From: an uncultured Clostridium sp.
GTDB taxonomy: Bacteria; Bacillota_I; Bacilli_A; RF39; UBA660
Length of the DNA: 64,000 bases
NCBI GenBank assembly: GCA_947427095.1
Contig: CANEGO010000001.1
Location: 40,164 to 104,163, forward strand
Direction of reading: 5' to 3'
Part shown: positions 50,674 to 60,207 of the stretch, piece after piece
Layout of the letters: the number at the start of each line of letters is the position of its first letter
Numbering within the stretch: position 1 is the stretch's first letter
Program-made: the position numbers and the translations under genes
Notes under the pieces: generated by a model
What the model was told of the DNA's origin: nothing
Database searches by the model: none
The model's input: the letters and a program-made list of their open reading frames with translations, nothing else

Positions 50674-52417
50674 TTTCAAGTTCCTCCTTTGATAACTGTG
50701 ATAAGGCTATTTCTTTATACACCTTACATTTCTTTAATAAATCTTTATGTTTACCTATGCCAACGGTTTTTCCTTTATCTAATACAACGATTGTATCAGC
50801 GTTTATTATGGTACCTATTCTTTGTGCAACAATAATGCTTGTTGCTTCTTTTATGTTTTCTTTTAATTCTTTTCTTAAAACATAATCAGTTTTATAGTCA
50901 AGCGCACTAAAGGAATCATCAAAGACAAATATTTCAGGATTCTTAGCAATGGCACGGGCTATTGCAACACGCTGCTTTTGTCCACCTGATATGTTAGTTC
51001 CACCCGCTGCTATATTCGCTTCATACTTTTCTGGCATGTTTTCGATAAATTCGGTTGCTTGAGCTACTTTAGCAGCCTTCTTAATTTGTTTTTCTGGCAC
51101 ATTGTTTTTACCATAACCTATGTTATAGTTAACTGACCCGTCAAACATTACCGCACGTTGTGGAACGTATCCCAACTTTTCGTGTAAACTTTCCAAGTTA
51201 TAATCTTTTATGTTTACACCATCTACTAATATTTCACCATCGGTTACGTCATAAAATCTCATTATTAAGTTTACGATCGTTGACTTACCACTACCAGTTG
51301 AACCAATTATGGCTAAAGTATCCCCTTTTTTAGCTTTAAACGAAATATTCTCTAATATATATTCATCGGCATCTGGATACTTAAATGATACGTTTTTAAA
51401 CTCTATTTCACCATAAACTTTAGTATCATCTTTAAAGTTACCATCTTTTATCTTTGCTTCAGTATCCAAAACCTCTCTAATACGGCTAGCTGAAACACTT
51501 GCTCTTGGATACATTATAAATATCATAGCAAGCATTAAGAATGACATTAAAACTTGCATTGCATAACTTGAAAATACTACCATGTTACTAAATATATCCA
51601 ACCTATCAAACATACCAGCACCATTAATTAATGATACTCCAATGGTATAAATTGAAAGGGTTAAGAAATTCATTATTAAATACATACAAGGAGACATGAT
51701 ACTCATTACTTTTTGGTTAAAGGTTTGAGTTTTCGTTAATACGTCGTTTCCTTCTTCAAACTTATCTTCTTGGTATTTTTCTGCGTTAAACGCTCTTATT
51801 ACCCTAATACCATTTAGGTTTTCTCTTGTTAATCCATTTATATTATCAATTAATTTTTGTACGATTTTAAACCTTGGTAAAACAATTACCATAAGACTTA
51901 TTATTACAACTAATAAAACTATTACTGCGATGAATGTTGCTAGGCTCCATTCCCATCCTTTACCTAGGATTTTAAGGATTGCCCATACCGCCGTAATCGG
52001 AGATTTAATAAGCATTTGAAGTCCCATTGCGATAAACATCTGGATGTTTGTTATATCGTTTGTTGTTCTGGTAATTAAGCTACTGGTTCTAAACTTTTTC
52101 ATCTCTTCCATACTAAAACTTTGGACTTTTTCAAATAAAGATTTTCTTGTTCTTTTAGAAAAAGTTGCTGAAACATAAGATACCAAGTATCCTACAGCAA
52201 AGGCTGCAATTAGTGATCCTCCAGCACATAAAAGCATGTATCCACCTTGCGTTAATACCTCACTTATTTTAGTACCTTCCGTTTGTACAAGCCTTGTTAT
52301 TTCGGTCATGTAATCAGGTAATTTTAAATCAAGCCATACTTGAAATAAAATTAAAAGTACACTTATAAATATTAACATAAAGTCTTTTTTCTTAAACTCT
52401 TTTATTAACTTTAACAT
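50666..52417 (-). CDS. Heterodimeric ABC exporter subunit (degenerate NBD)
   Basis: GSTGSGKS, ISGGQKQR and FDDSFSALD motifs. Confidence 0.93.
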   Translation of the reverse strand: MLKLIKEFKKKDFMLIFISVLLILFQVWLDLKLPDYMTEITRLVQTEGTKISEVLTQGGYMLLCAGGSLIAAFAVGYLVSYVSATFSKRTRKSLFEKVQSFSMEEMKKFRTSSLITRTTNDITNIQMFIAMGLQMLIKSPITAVWAILKILGKGWEWSLATFIAVIVLLVVIISLMVIVLPRFKIVQKLIDNINGLTRENLNGIRVIRAFNAEKYQEDKFEEGNDVLTKTQTFNQKVMSIMSPCMYLIMNFLTLSIYTIGVSLINGAGMFDRLDIFSNMVVFSSYAMQVLMSFLMLAMIFIMYPRASVSASRIREVLDTEAKIKDGNFKDDTKVYGEIEFKNVSFKYPDADEYILENISFKAKKGDTLAIIGSTGSGKSTIVNLIMRFYDVTDGEILVDGVNIKDYNLESLHEKLGYVPQRAVMFDGSVNYNIGYGKNNVPEKQIKKAAKVAQATEFIENMPEKYEANIAAGGTNISGGQKQRVAIARAIAKNPEIFVFDDSFSALDYKTDYVLRKELKENIKEATSIIVAQRIGTIINADTIVVLDKGKTVGIGKHKDLLKKCKVYKEIALSQLSKEELENE

Positions 52418-52856
52418 GTTTATCATTCCTTTCTTGTTTTAAATTTTCTTTTAACTTGTCTATTGTTTTAAAAAAGGCTTCTTTTTCTTCATCAGTTATA
52501 CCTTTTAATAAAACACTTTCAAAGTCAGCTATCTTTCGTTCTATCTCTTTATGTTTATTCAAACTATTAATAGTTAATGCTATTTCTTTTTTTCTGGCAT
52601 CTTTTATAGATGCTTTTCTTATTATAAGACCATTTTTTTCCATCGTATCTAATATGCCAGATATAGTAGAGCGTCTAACATCTACTTCTTTTTCTATTGT
52701 CTTTTGATATATGGTTTTATCTTTATTAGTAAACAAAAACCTTAATATTCTAGCTTGAGTATGAGTTAAATTAATTTTTTCTACGCTTTTACATATTTTT
52801 CTATCAATCATGTTATCTAGCATTTTTATTTCAAACGGAATTTTTCTTTCTTTCAT
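52392..52856 (-). CDS. MarR family regulator
   Basis: RSTISGIL..MEK.GLI.R....DAR.K winged helix. Confidence 0.92.
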   Translation of the reverse strand: MKERKIPFEIKMLDNMIDRKICKSVEKINLTHTQARILRFLFTNKDKTIYQKTIEKEVDVRRSTISGILDTMEKNGLIIRKASIKDARKKEIALTINSLNKHKEIERKIADFESVLLKGITDEEKEAFFKTIDKLKENLKQERNDKHVKVNKRV

Positions 52857-52871
52857 ATTATCCCTTTCTTA

Positions 52872-52923
52872 TTGTAAGGTAGCTAACAAAAAACATTCTA
52901 ACAAATCATATGTATATAGTCAA
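52872..52923 (-). promoter_or_regulatory. marR-ABC promoter with candidate MarR operator
   Basis: TTGACT-17-TAGAAT (52895-52923) and imperfect palindrome TTGTAAG-GTAG-CTAACAA (52872-52889). Confidence 0.7.
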
Positions 52924-52979
52924 TGAAATTTTTATTAAGAATTATTAAAAAACAAAAATAGCACTTTTTTTACAAAATG

Positions 52980-54005
52980 CTATTTTACAAATTTTCGTGC
53001 GTAAGTATCTTCCTCACTATCTCCATAATTCTTTAAGTACTGTTTTAAAAAATAAATTTTATCTAAGTTATTATCAAAAATCATATCACTAAAATCTAAA
53101 GCTTCTGGTAAAAATATTTCACCATATAATTTAAAATCATTTAACAAATCACCATCATTATACTTTTTAAATTTAAAATCTATTAAATCATCAAATCTAT
53201 CAAATCTGCAAAACCATAAAAGTTTTGTAAATAAATTAACGTTATTTTGCCATATTACCTCTTCTACCGAACCATTTGGACATCTAAATTCTATCGTATT
53301 TTTATCAGCGGTATTTAATAAATTGGAAGAATTAACATTACAAAAATTAACACCTCGTCTCCGTGGATCTGTTATTATTTCTTCAAATATATTATAAGAA
53401 TCATAATTTTCTGCTCTGATTAGTTTATATAAACTTCCAGCAATAGGACGGGCATACTGTAAACCTTTTTTTCTAAAAAATAATTTATCACCATAGGAAA
53501 ACCTATAAATAACTTTTTCATAAAGAGTCCAGACCTTCAAAAATCTTAACCAGCAGTCTTTATCTTTTGTAAGAATTGGAGACCCCACATGGATATGTCC
53601 TCCAGCGCAATTAAATGCGGTAGCTCCCACATTTCTCATAGACCCACAAACGGCTTTTAAATCTTTCCATGTTTGCTCTGTATCAGCACAAACTGGACTA
53701 CGAACCTCTCCTGATACCGTACAATCAGTACCCGAATGCCACTGAGTTAAAAACTCATTATTTATATCATTTATTTTATTTGTAATTTTATAATAATCAG
53801 CATTTTCATACTCAATTTCCATACCAAAGGTCACTCTTTTATCAATGTTTATTTTTGGTCTAAGCGTTAGGTATAAATCGTCCAATTCTGATAATAATGA
53901 TTGTAAATCACAACCCCTCATTTCAGCTAGTTTATCACAACCAGATGAACTAATTGTTTTTATATCATCACTAATTAAAATTTTGTTTTCCTTTCTATTT
54001 TTCAT
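52980..54005 (-). CDS. Amidoligase family protein (COOH-NH2 ligase type 2)
   Basis: TFGMEIE, D.T...EVRSP, AGGHIHVG and N....TIEFR motifs. Confidence 0.85.
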   Translation of the reverse strand: MKNRKENKILISDDIKTISSSGCDKLAEMRGCDLQSLLSELDDLYLTLRPKINIDKRVTFGMEIEYENADYYKITNKINDINNEFLTQWHSGTDCTVSGEVRSPVCADTEQTWKDLKAVCGSMRNVGATAFNCAGGHIHVGSPILTKDKDCWLRFLKVWTLYEKVIYRFSYGDKLFFRKKGLQYARPIAGSLYKLIRAENYDSYNIFEEIITDPRRRGVNFCNVNSSNLLNTADKNTIEFRCPNGSVEEVIWQNNVNLFTKLLWFCRFDRFDDLIDFKFKKYNDGDLLNDFKLYGEIFLPEALDFSDMIFDNNLDKIYFLKQYLKNYGDSEEDTYARKFVK

Positions 54006-54021
54006 AAAAATCCCCTCTTTA

Positions 54022-54825
54022 TTATTTTGTTAAAGTCTTTATGTTTTTCTTTTTTATTAATATTTTTGTTTTAATCAATTCAATATCATCTTCAGAAATA
54101 GGTTTATACCTTGTTTTTAAATTATCAATTTTATCTCCAATTTTATATTTCCTAATATGACACCCAAGTGTTCCTAAACCAGCAGCGGCAACTACATCAA
54201 GTACCGTGAACCAAAAATTACGCCAAAACCCTTCATCTTGTATACTAGAATTATTTTTATCTATGCTATAAATACAGGCTTCAATGAAAGTGTTATCATC
54301 TGATAATTTAACATCTGAAGGAAGTTCTTTTTTTATTTCTATTTTTTTATCAACATCAGTAAATTCTACTTCATAATCATCCTTTTTTCCACTAACAATT
54401 TGTTTTATCATATCTTCATTGGCATCCGTAAAGTGATATGTTTTTTCACTTTTTTCAAATAGCCCATCCTCATTTTCATGCCAACCTTCACTTACTTTAA
54501 AATAATTTTCTTCATCAAATTCTTTAAAAGACGTAGAAACAGTGTAAGTACCATTAGAGTCCATATACTTTTTAACACTTGCATCCACACTTATAGAGTC
54601 CGTATAAAATGGTAATCCTCCCCCTAAAAGTTTAATACCACCAACTGATATAGCAGTTGCTACGTATACTGGTATTAGAAAGTTAGCTATACTTCCAACA
54701 ATTTTAAAATTTCTTTTGTTAATGGTTTTAAAATTATAAAACTTATGATTTTTAACACTTTTTTCTAATTCCTTTATCTCCTTTTCAAGTTTATTAACAA
54801 GCAAATTATCTTTTTTTATTTCCAT
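54022..54825 (-). CDS. Two-TM membrane protein, paralog of 54806-55693
   Basis: Two hydrophobic segments and shared GLPF..D, MDS.G and FIE motifs. Confidence 0.7.
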   Translation of the reverse strand: MEIKKDNLLVNKLEKEIKELEKSVKNHKFYNFKTINKRNFKIVGSIANFLIPVYVATAISVGGIKLLGGGLPFYTDSISVDASVKKYMDSNGTYTVSTSFKEFDEENYFKVSEGWHENEDGLFEKSEKTYHFTDANEDMIKQIVSGKKDDYEVEFTDVDKKIEIKKELPSDVKLSDDNTFIEACIYSIDKNNSSIQDEGFWRNFWFTVLDVVAAAGLGTLGCHIRKYKIGDKIDNLKTRYKPISEDDIELIKTKILIKKKNIKTLTK

Positions 54826-55693
54826 TTGAATTACCCCCTTTTGCTTGTTCTAACTCTTCTTCTTTCTTCTTTAATTTTAATTTTAACCCTTTTATATCCT
54901 CGGTATAACCATCTCGCGCCGAATCAGAAACTCTCCAAAATATTTCACCATCTGATATAGCGAATGCTGCGCCCTCTACTAAAGCACTAAGTACTAAAGA
55001 CACCCCTGTTACAACATTATTATCTGAAGCACTCTCAGTAATAGCAATTGAGTCATCATAATCCTTATAATAAAAGTCTCCTTCAATAAAATATCCATTA
55101 TTAATATCGTCCTGATTTAAACTTTCAGACACCTCATGAATCACTACTTTTTTATCCGATAATTCATTAATACTTTTATAATCAGCTTTTACTATGTATT
55201 CTTTCATGTCATTCATGTTAATGTCAGAAGAGTCAAATTCATATTTATAAATGTCTCTTTTATACGTTTGATCATCTTGCTTTTCCCATGGAAAAAATAC
55301 ATCAACATTACAATATCTGTCATTACCAGAACTCGATAAATATTCACTACTAATAGAACAATTTCCTAAAGAATCCATCTGCCCATCAATATAATTATAA
55401 AATTTAATATCATCTCTTACGAAAGGCAACCCACTATCCGTCACAAAAGATAATCCCGAAATGATAGCAAAAGCTAAAGTAAATGGTAGCGTTGATAAAA
55501 CAAAATTTCCAGTTGTTTTTAAAATACGCTTCGTATATACCTTTAAATTTTTAATCCTACCTTGTCTTATTAATTCTTTATAATCTATTATTTCATTTTC
55601 TAATTTAGTAATCTTTAACTTTTTTTCACGTTGACGTTGTAAAGCATATCTTCTTTGTGCGGCTTCCTTAGTTTTTCTTGTCTTTTTTTTCAT
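54806..55693 (-). CDS. Two-TM membrane protein
   Basis: Start at ATG 55693 (RBS AAGGGGTG); overlaps the downstream paralog. Confidence 0.7.
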   Translation of the reverse strand: MKKKTRKTKEAAQRRYALQRQREKKLKITKLENEIIDYKELIRQGRIKNLKVYTKRILKTTGNFVLSTLPFTLAFAIISGLSFVTDSGLPFVRDDIKFYNYIDGQMDSLGNCSISSEYLSSSGNDRYCNVDVFFPWEKQDDQTYKRDIYKYEFDSSDINMNDMKEYIVKADYKSINELSDKKVVIHEVSESLNQDDINNGYFIEGDFYYKDYDDSIAITESASDNNVVTGVSLVLSALVEGAAFAISDGEIFWRVSDSARDGYTEDIKGLKLKLKKKEEELEQAKGGNSNGNKKR

Positions 55694-55724
55694 ACAAAAC
55701 ACCCCTTTTTGTCAATTGTGGATT

Positions 55725-55752
55725 ATTCTAGCACAATCCCCCCCCCCGTCAA
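55725..55752 (-). promoter_or_regulatory. Sigma-A-type promoter with G10 tract, 16-bp spacer
   Basis: Minus strand reads TTGACG-GGGGGGGGG-ATTGTGC-TAGAAT; C10 at 55738-55747. Confidence 0.8.
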
Positions 55753-55848
55753 GTTTTTTTTAATGTGGAAAAAAATACTTGTGTAAACTCTTTTAGATAG
55801 AAAGCCTAATGCTGAATTATACAAATTAAAAAAGACAACATTTTATTC

Positions 55849-55916
55849 TGAAGTTGTCAATAAAAAGTAGACAGTCAAAATATCTTTTAACTGTCTACTT
55901 TCATTTTACAACTTCA
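55849..55916. mobile_element. 68-bp MITE-like element / joined IS ends
   Basis: Imperfect 27-bp terminal inverted repeats (TGAAGTTGTCAATAAAAAGTAGACAGT vs TGAAGTTGTAAAATGAAAGTAGACAGT), flanked by the exact direct repeat ATTTTATTC (55840-55848 and 55917-55925). Confidence 0.8.
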
Positions 55917-55961
55917 ATTTTATTCGTTATCTTTATATTAATTTACCAATTATTTAAATTA

Positions 55962-56810
55962 TTACCTACCTTTTTCTTGTCTAATACATTCATATAAATT
56001 CTTAACATTTTTATATGTATGACCACAGTCTTTTACAAAAATAAAATTAGCAGTTTTTAGATTATTCTTTAAAAACGACATAACTGCTTCTTTATTATTC
56101 ATAAATAAAACGTTATCATTTTCACCCATTATAACATCAACTGGAATTTTTATATTTCTTAACGCCTTACTTTTATAATCAGGTGTTCGGTATCTAAATA
56201 TATCATTTTCTTGTTCAGGCGCAAAATCATTTAAAAATGTTTTACAACTAAAGCAAAGAGGATAAAATGCAAAACTAACAATACCATCCTCTTTCTTTTC
56301 CTTTTTCATATTTTTAGCTTTATTTAGTAATTCATCATAATTATCGCCCAATCTATAAAGCGTTTGTAAAATTACGTCACAAGGTGATATAAGAACCAAC
56401 TTTTTTATAGGTTTTTTTAGATTTTTAGAATAGTAGTTAATCATCTTATTACATCCATACGAATGCGCAGATAAAATAATATTTTCATATCCTTTTTCTA
56501 TAAAATAATTTACAACGGCATCCAAATCCATATCGCTTTCTTTAAATAATTCAAAATTAGAACCAACGGTAATTAACTTATCTTTTTTTATGAAGGCAGT
56601 TACATAACCAGTGCCTCTGTTATTATAAGAAGCAAAACTATAACCAAGTTCATTATAAGCCATAGCAAGTGCATCAACGTAGTTTTCATGAAAACTACCT
56701 GCCATACCATGGGTATGAATAACTATTGTTTTAGAATTCTTAACTTTTCTATAAAGAACTGGAAGTAATAATCCATCTTTGGTTTTAACTCTAAAAAAAT
56801 CACAATTCAT
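55962..56810 (-). CDS. Alpha/beta hydrolase (DUF1749-like)
   Basis: HG oxyanion motif, AHSYG nucleophile elbow, GEND and C-terminal GH. Confidence 0.82.
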   Translation of the reverse strand: MNCDFFRVKTKDGLLLPVLYRKVKNSKTIVIHTHGMAGSFHENYVDALAMAYNELGYSFASYNNRGTGYVTAFIKKDKLITVGSNFELFKESDMDLDAVVNYFIEKGYENIILSAHSYGCNKMINYYSKNLKKPIKKLVLISPCDVILQTLYRLGDNYDELLNKAKNMKKEKKEDGIVSFAFYPLCFSCKTFLNDFAPEQENDIFRYRTPDYKSKALRNIKIPVDVIMGENDNVLFMNNKEAVMSFLKNNLKTANFIFVKDCGHTYKNVKNLYECIRQEKGR

Positions 56811-56815
56811 AATAT

Positions 56816-57607
56816 TTATACTCCCATCGTTAAGGTTTCTGGAAGCGTTGATGCTCCATCAATAACAAACTCTTGACCTGTTATATAACTTGCTTCATCA
56901 CTTGCCAAAAAGGCTGCAAGTTCTCCTAATTCTTCTATTTTGCCTAATCTTTTCATCGGTATTGCACCCGCTATTCCATCTATTACGCTCTTAGGATCGC
57001 TAGGGTTACTTACTTTTGCCATTTTTTCTACCATTGGAGTTAATATGTATCCTGGTAAAATAGAGTTTACTCTTATGTTATCATTTACAAGTTCTATTGC
57101 AAGTCCTTTTGTAAATCCCATAATGGCCGCTTTAGTAGTTGCATAAGCTACTTCTCCTACATCTGCCACCTTTGTTCCAGTAACGGAAGATAAGTTAACG
57201 ATTGAGCCTTTACCTGATTTTTTTAATAATGGAAGAAACGCTTTAGTTACGTTCCATGTTCCGTTTATGTTTATGTTAAAGTGTTTATCCCTTAGTTCAA
57301 ATGACATATCCTCAAACTTTTCTAACATGCATATACCAGCATTATTAACTAGAATATCTACTTTATCAAACTTAGTTTCAATATCCTTTACCGCACCACT
57401 TACTTGGTTGTTATCACTTATATCTACTTTATAGCCCAATACGTCATAACCTTCCTTTTTTAACTCGGTAATAGTATTTACTAATTCATCTGAATAATCA
57501 AGTATTATTACCTTTGCTCCATACTTTAAAAATACTTTTACAATACCAAGCCCATTTCCCATTGCACCACCTGTTACAACGGCTACTTTTCCTTCTAATT
57601 TCATCAT
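56816..57607 (-). CDS. ucpA: SDR family oxidoreductase UcpA-like
   Basis: TGG.MG.G, NNAG, SSVTG..VAD.GE.AYATTK and LPET C-terminus. Confidence 0.88.
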   Translation of the reverse strand: MMKLEGKVAVVTGGAMGNGLGIVKVFLKYGAKVIILDYSDELVNTITELKKEGYDVLGYKVDISDNNQVSGAVKDIETKFDKVDILVNNAGICMLEKFEDMSFELRDKHFNININGTWNVTKAFLPLLKKSGKGSIVNLSSVTGTKVADVGEVAYATTKAAIMGFTKGLAIELVNDNIRVNSILPGYILTPMVEKMAKVSNPSDPKSVIDGIAGAIPMKRLGKIEELGELAAFLASDEASYITGQEFVIDGASTLPETLTMGV

Positions 57608-57730
57608 TTACCTCCTACTTTTCTATTATTAATTTTAACACTTTTATTAGTCTTTTTCCACTCATGGTATAAAATATGCTAATAGTACTGTATATTTTTA
57701 ACCATAAGTCTTAGTTCGATTAGTTTCAAA

Positions 57731-58132
57731 TTATTTTTTATCTAACAATACACTAAATATTATAAATAACATGGCGGGTAATAAAAATTCTAAAATACGT
57801 ATAATAACATTTACATAAAACGGACTGAAATTCATATACTGATGCACCCAATCTACCTCTAACGTTATTACAAAAATTAATATTAAAATTAGGGAAACAA
57901 GTAATAATAGCCCTTTAATTATATCTTTAATTTCTATTTTTTCTTTTCTTCTTATTTTTATTAAAATGTTAAATATAAATAATAAAATAAACAAAAAAAT
58001 ACTAAATAACGATATTAAATAAAGTATTGTTCTAAACGTTGGGATACTTCCAAAATCATATATACTAAATATTTCTGCAAATATAAAGGTTATAATCAAA
58101 GATATAATAGTTGATGTTATTATTTTTTTCAT
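57731..58132 (-). CDS. Hypothetical 4-TM membrane protein
   Basis: Highly hydrophobic 133-aa ORF with RBS. Confidence 0.65.
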   Translation of the reverse strand: MKKIITSTIISLIITFIFAEIFSIYDFGSIPTFRTILYLISLFSIFLFILLFIFNILIKIRRKEKIEIKDIIKGLLLLVSLILILIFVITLEVDWVHQYMNFSPFYVNVIIRILEFLLPAMLFIIFSVLLDKK

Positions 58133-58170
58133 AGTGTTTCCTTCCTTTCAAACTTCATTATTTATTAATA

Positions 58171-58767
58171 TTAAACCTTTCCTATAAAAAGGAAATTAAA
58201 AGAATCCTTTCTTCCATAAATATTTTTTATAATTTCATCATATTTGAATGATTTTCCAACCTGTCCATCTCCAATTTTATTAGAGTTAATTACATAAAAA
58301 TTATTATTTTCATCCATATCACTAATTACCAAATAATGTCCATTTTTAGAAAAAGTTAATGGACTTTTTTCTGATGGCCCTACATGAATAATCGCCATAT
58401 GTTCCTGTCTAAATAATTGAATAATTTTATTTTTCTGCTCATCTGGATTATCAAAATTTACCTTAACTATTTTATAAGTTATATTATAATTATCTTCCTT
58501 AATCAATCTATCAAGACAACATAATAAACCTTTTTCATTTATTCCTCTACTTCTAAGATAGGTATCATCAAAGTTACCATCTTTGTCTAATAAAATTTTT
58601 TTAGCCACATATATAGGGTCAATATCAAAACCTAAATTAGCTAATACATTTGCTATTGAAGTTGGACCACATCCATATTTTTCTATACACCAATCTCTTT
58701 TCTCTAAATTATTTATTTCACTTAAATGATAATCATATTGTTTAAATCTAATTCTATCTTTATTCAT
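58171..58767 (-). CDS. C39-like papain-fold peptidase
   Basis: Q.D...GCGPTS, GHYLVI and INSN motifs; no signal peptide. Confidence 0.8.
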   Translation of the reverse strand: MNKDRIRFKQYDYHLSEINNLEKRDWCIEKYGCGPTSIANVLANLGFDIDPIYVAKKILLDKDGNFDDTYLRSRGINEKGLLCCLDRLIKEDNYNITYKIVKVNFDNPDEQKNKIIQLFRQEHMAIIHVGPSEKSPLTFSKNGHYLVISDMDENNNFYVINSNKIGDGQVGKSFKYDEIIKNIYGRKDSFNFLFIGKV

Positions 58768-58870
58768 TTACTTTTCCACATCCTTATTTAATTCAACCAA
58801 TCTACCGCATACCACTTTGCGATTTCATACCTTTATTTTTTAAAACTAGTATTTTCAGTACTTTCAGAGA

Positions 58871-60136
58871 TTATTTAAGACATAGCACTGAAACGCATTC
58901 AACATGATTAGTGTTAGGAAACATATCAACAGGTATTATCTTCTTAACCTCATATAAATCATTTAAATATCCTAAATCTCTTGCCATAGTAACCGGGTTA
59001 CATGATATGTATATTATTTTTTTTGGAGATAGTTTTTTCATCACGGCAATTACTTTTCTATCTATTCCCTTTCTTGGAGGATCAACAAAGATAACATCTA
59101 TCTTTTCTTTTATCTTCGTTATTTCTTTAGCTGCATCGCCACATATAAATCTAACATTTGAGATATTATTTATCATAGCGTTACAATTTGCATCAATTAC
59201 TGCATCTTTTACAATCTCTATTCCGATAACACTTTTAACATGCTTTGATACAATACAAGAAATAGTACCAGTACCGGAATATAAATCCAAAACAACATCA
59301 TCTTTAGTTAGTTTTGCCTCTTTTATCGCCATTTCATATAATTTTTCAGCCGTAACCGAGTTAACTTGGAAAAATGAATCGAATGAACAATTAAACATTA
59401 AACCATTTGATATCTGTGAAATATATCCGTTACCATAAACCGTTTTTCCATTAATAATTACCGTTTTTAAATTAGGTATGTTAGATTTTAAATACTCTAC
59501 TATTTTTCCATCTTGTTTATCGTTAACCGAATAAACATCGATTAATAAATCATTCATCGCGTTTCCATGTTTTATCGTAATAGCCTTGATATCGTTTTTA
59601 TTTTCACTTATATAACTCCTAATAATAGAAAGTGCATCGTTTATTTCCTCTTCTAAAAGCTTACAATAAGAAACATCAACTAATTGATAAGTACCATTAC
59701 CATAAAAGCCTATTCTATCCTCTTCCACTTTAAAAGCTGCCTTATTACGGTAATTTTCATTTTTAAATGATGGTATTATCTTACTTACCTTGCTATTTAT
59801 TTTTCCAATTCTAGTAATTGCATTTTGAACCTTTTGACATTTAAATTCTAAGTTTTTAGCATCACTTTGATGTCTTAAATCACAGCCACCACATTCTTCA
59901 TAATAAGGGCACAAGGCTTCCGTTCTTTCCTTTGCGGGTTTTAATACTTCTATTAGTTTACCACGAGCGAAATTTTTCTTTATTTCGGTTATTCTAATCC
60001 TTACTTCCTCACCAATTAAAGTTTTAGGGACAAAAACCGTAATCCCTTTTACCTTGCAAACTCCAGCGCCCTCATTCTCTAGTGCAATTATTTTACTTTC
60101 ATAAATATCATCTATATTAATAGTCATTAAACCCAT
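58871..60136 (-). CDS. rlmD: 23S rRNA (uracil-1939)-C5-methyltransferase
   Basis: TRAM domain, C....CGGC, FFQVN, DPPRKG, YISCNP and DMFP.T.HVE motifs. Confidence 0.96.
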   Translation of the reverse strand: MGLMTINIDDIYESKIIALENEGAGVCKVKGITVFVPKTLIGEEVRIRITEIKKNFARGKLIEVLKPAKERTEALCPYYEECGGCDLRHQSDAKNLEFKCQKVQNAITRIGKINSKVSKIIPSFKNENYRNKAAFKVEEDRIGFYGNGTYQLVDVSYCKLLEEEINDALSIIRSYISENKNDIKAITIKHGNAMNDLLIDVYSVNDKQDGKIVEYLKSNIPNLKTVIINGKTVYGNGYISQISNGLMFNCSFDSFFQVNSVTAEKLYEMAIKEAKLTKDDVVLDLYSGTGTISCIVSKHVKSVIGIEIVKDAVIDANCNAMINNISNVRFICGDAAKEITKIKEKIDVIFVDPPRKGIDRKVIAVMKKLSPKKIIYISCNPVTMARDLGYLNDLYEVKKIIPVDMFPNTNHVECVSVLCLK

Positions 60137-60207
60137 TATTATCACCTATTTAATTATAAAACATTAAACAAGTTATGTAAAATAAAAAAAGAGTTTTTGT
60201 AAACTCT

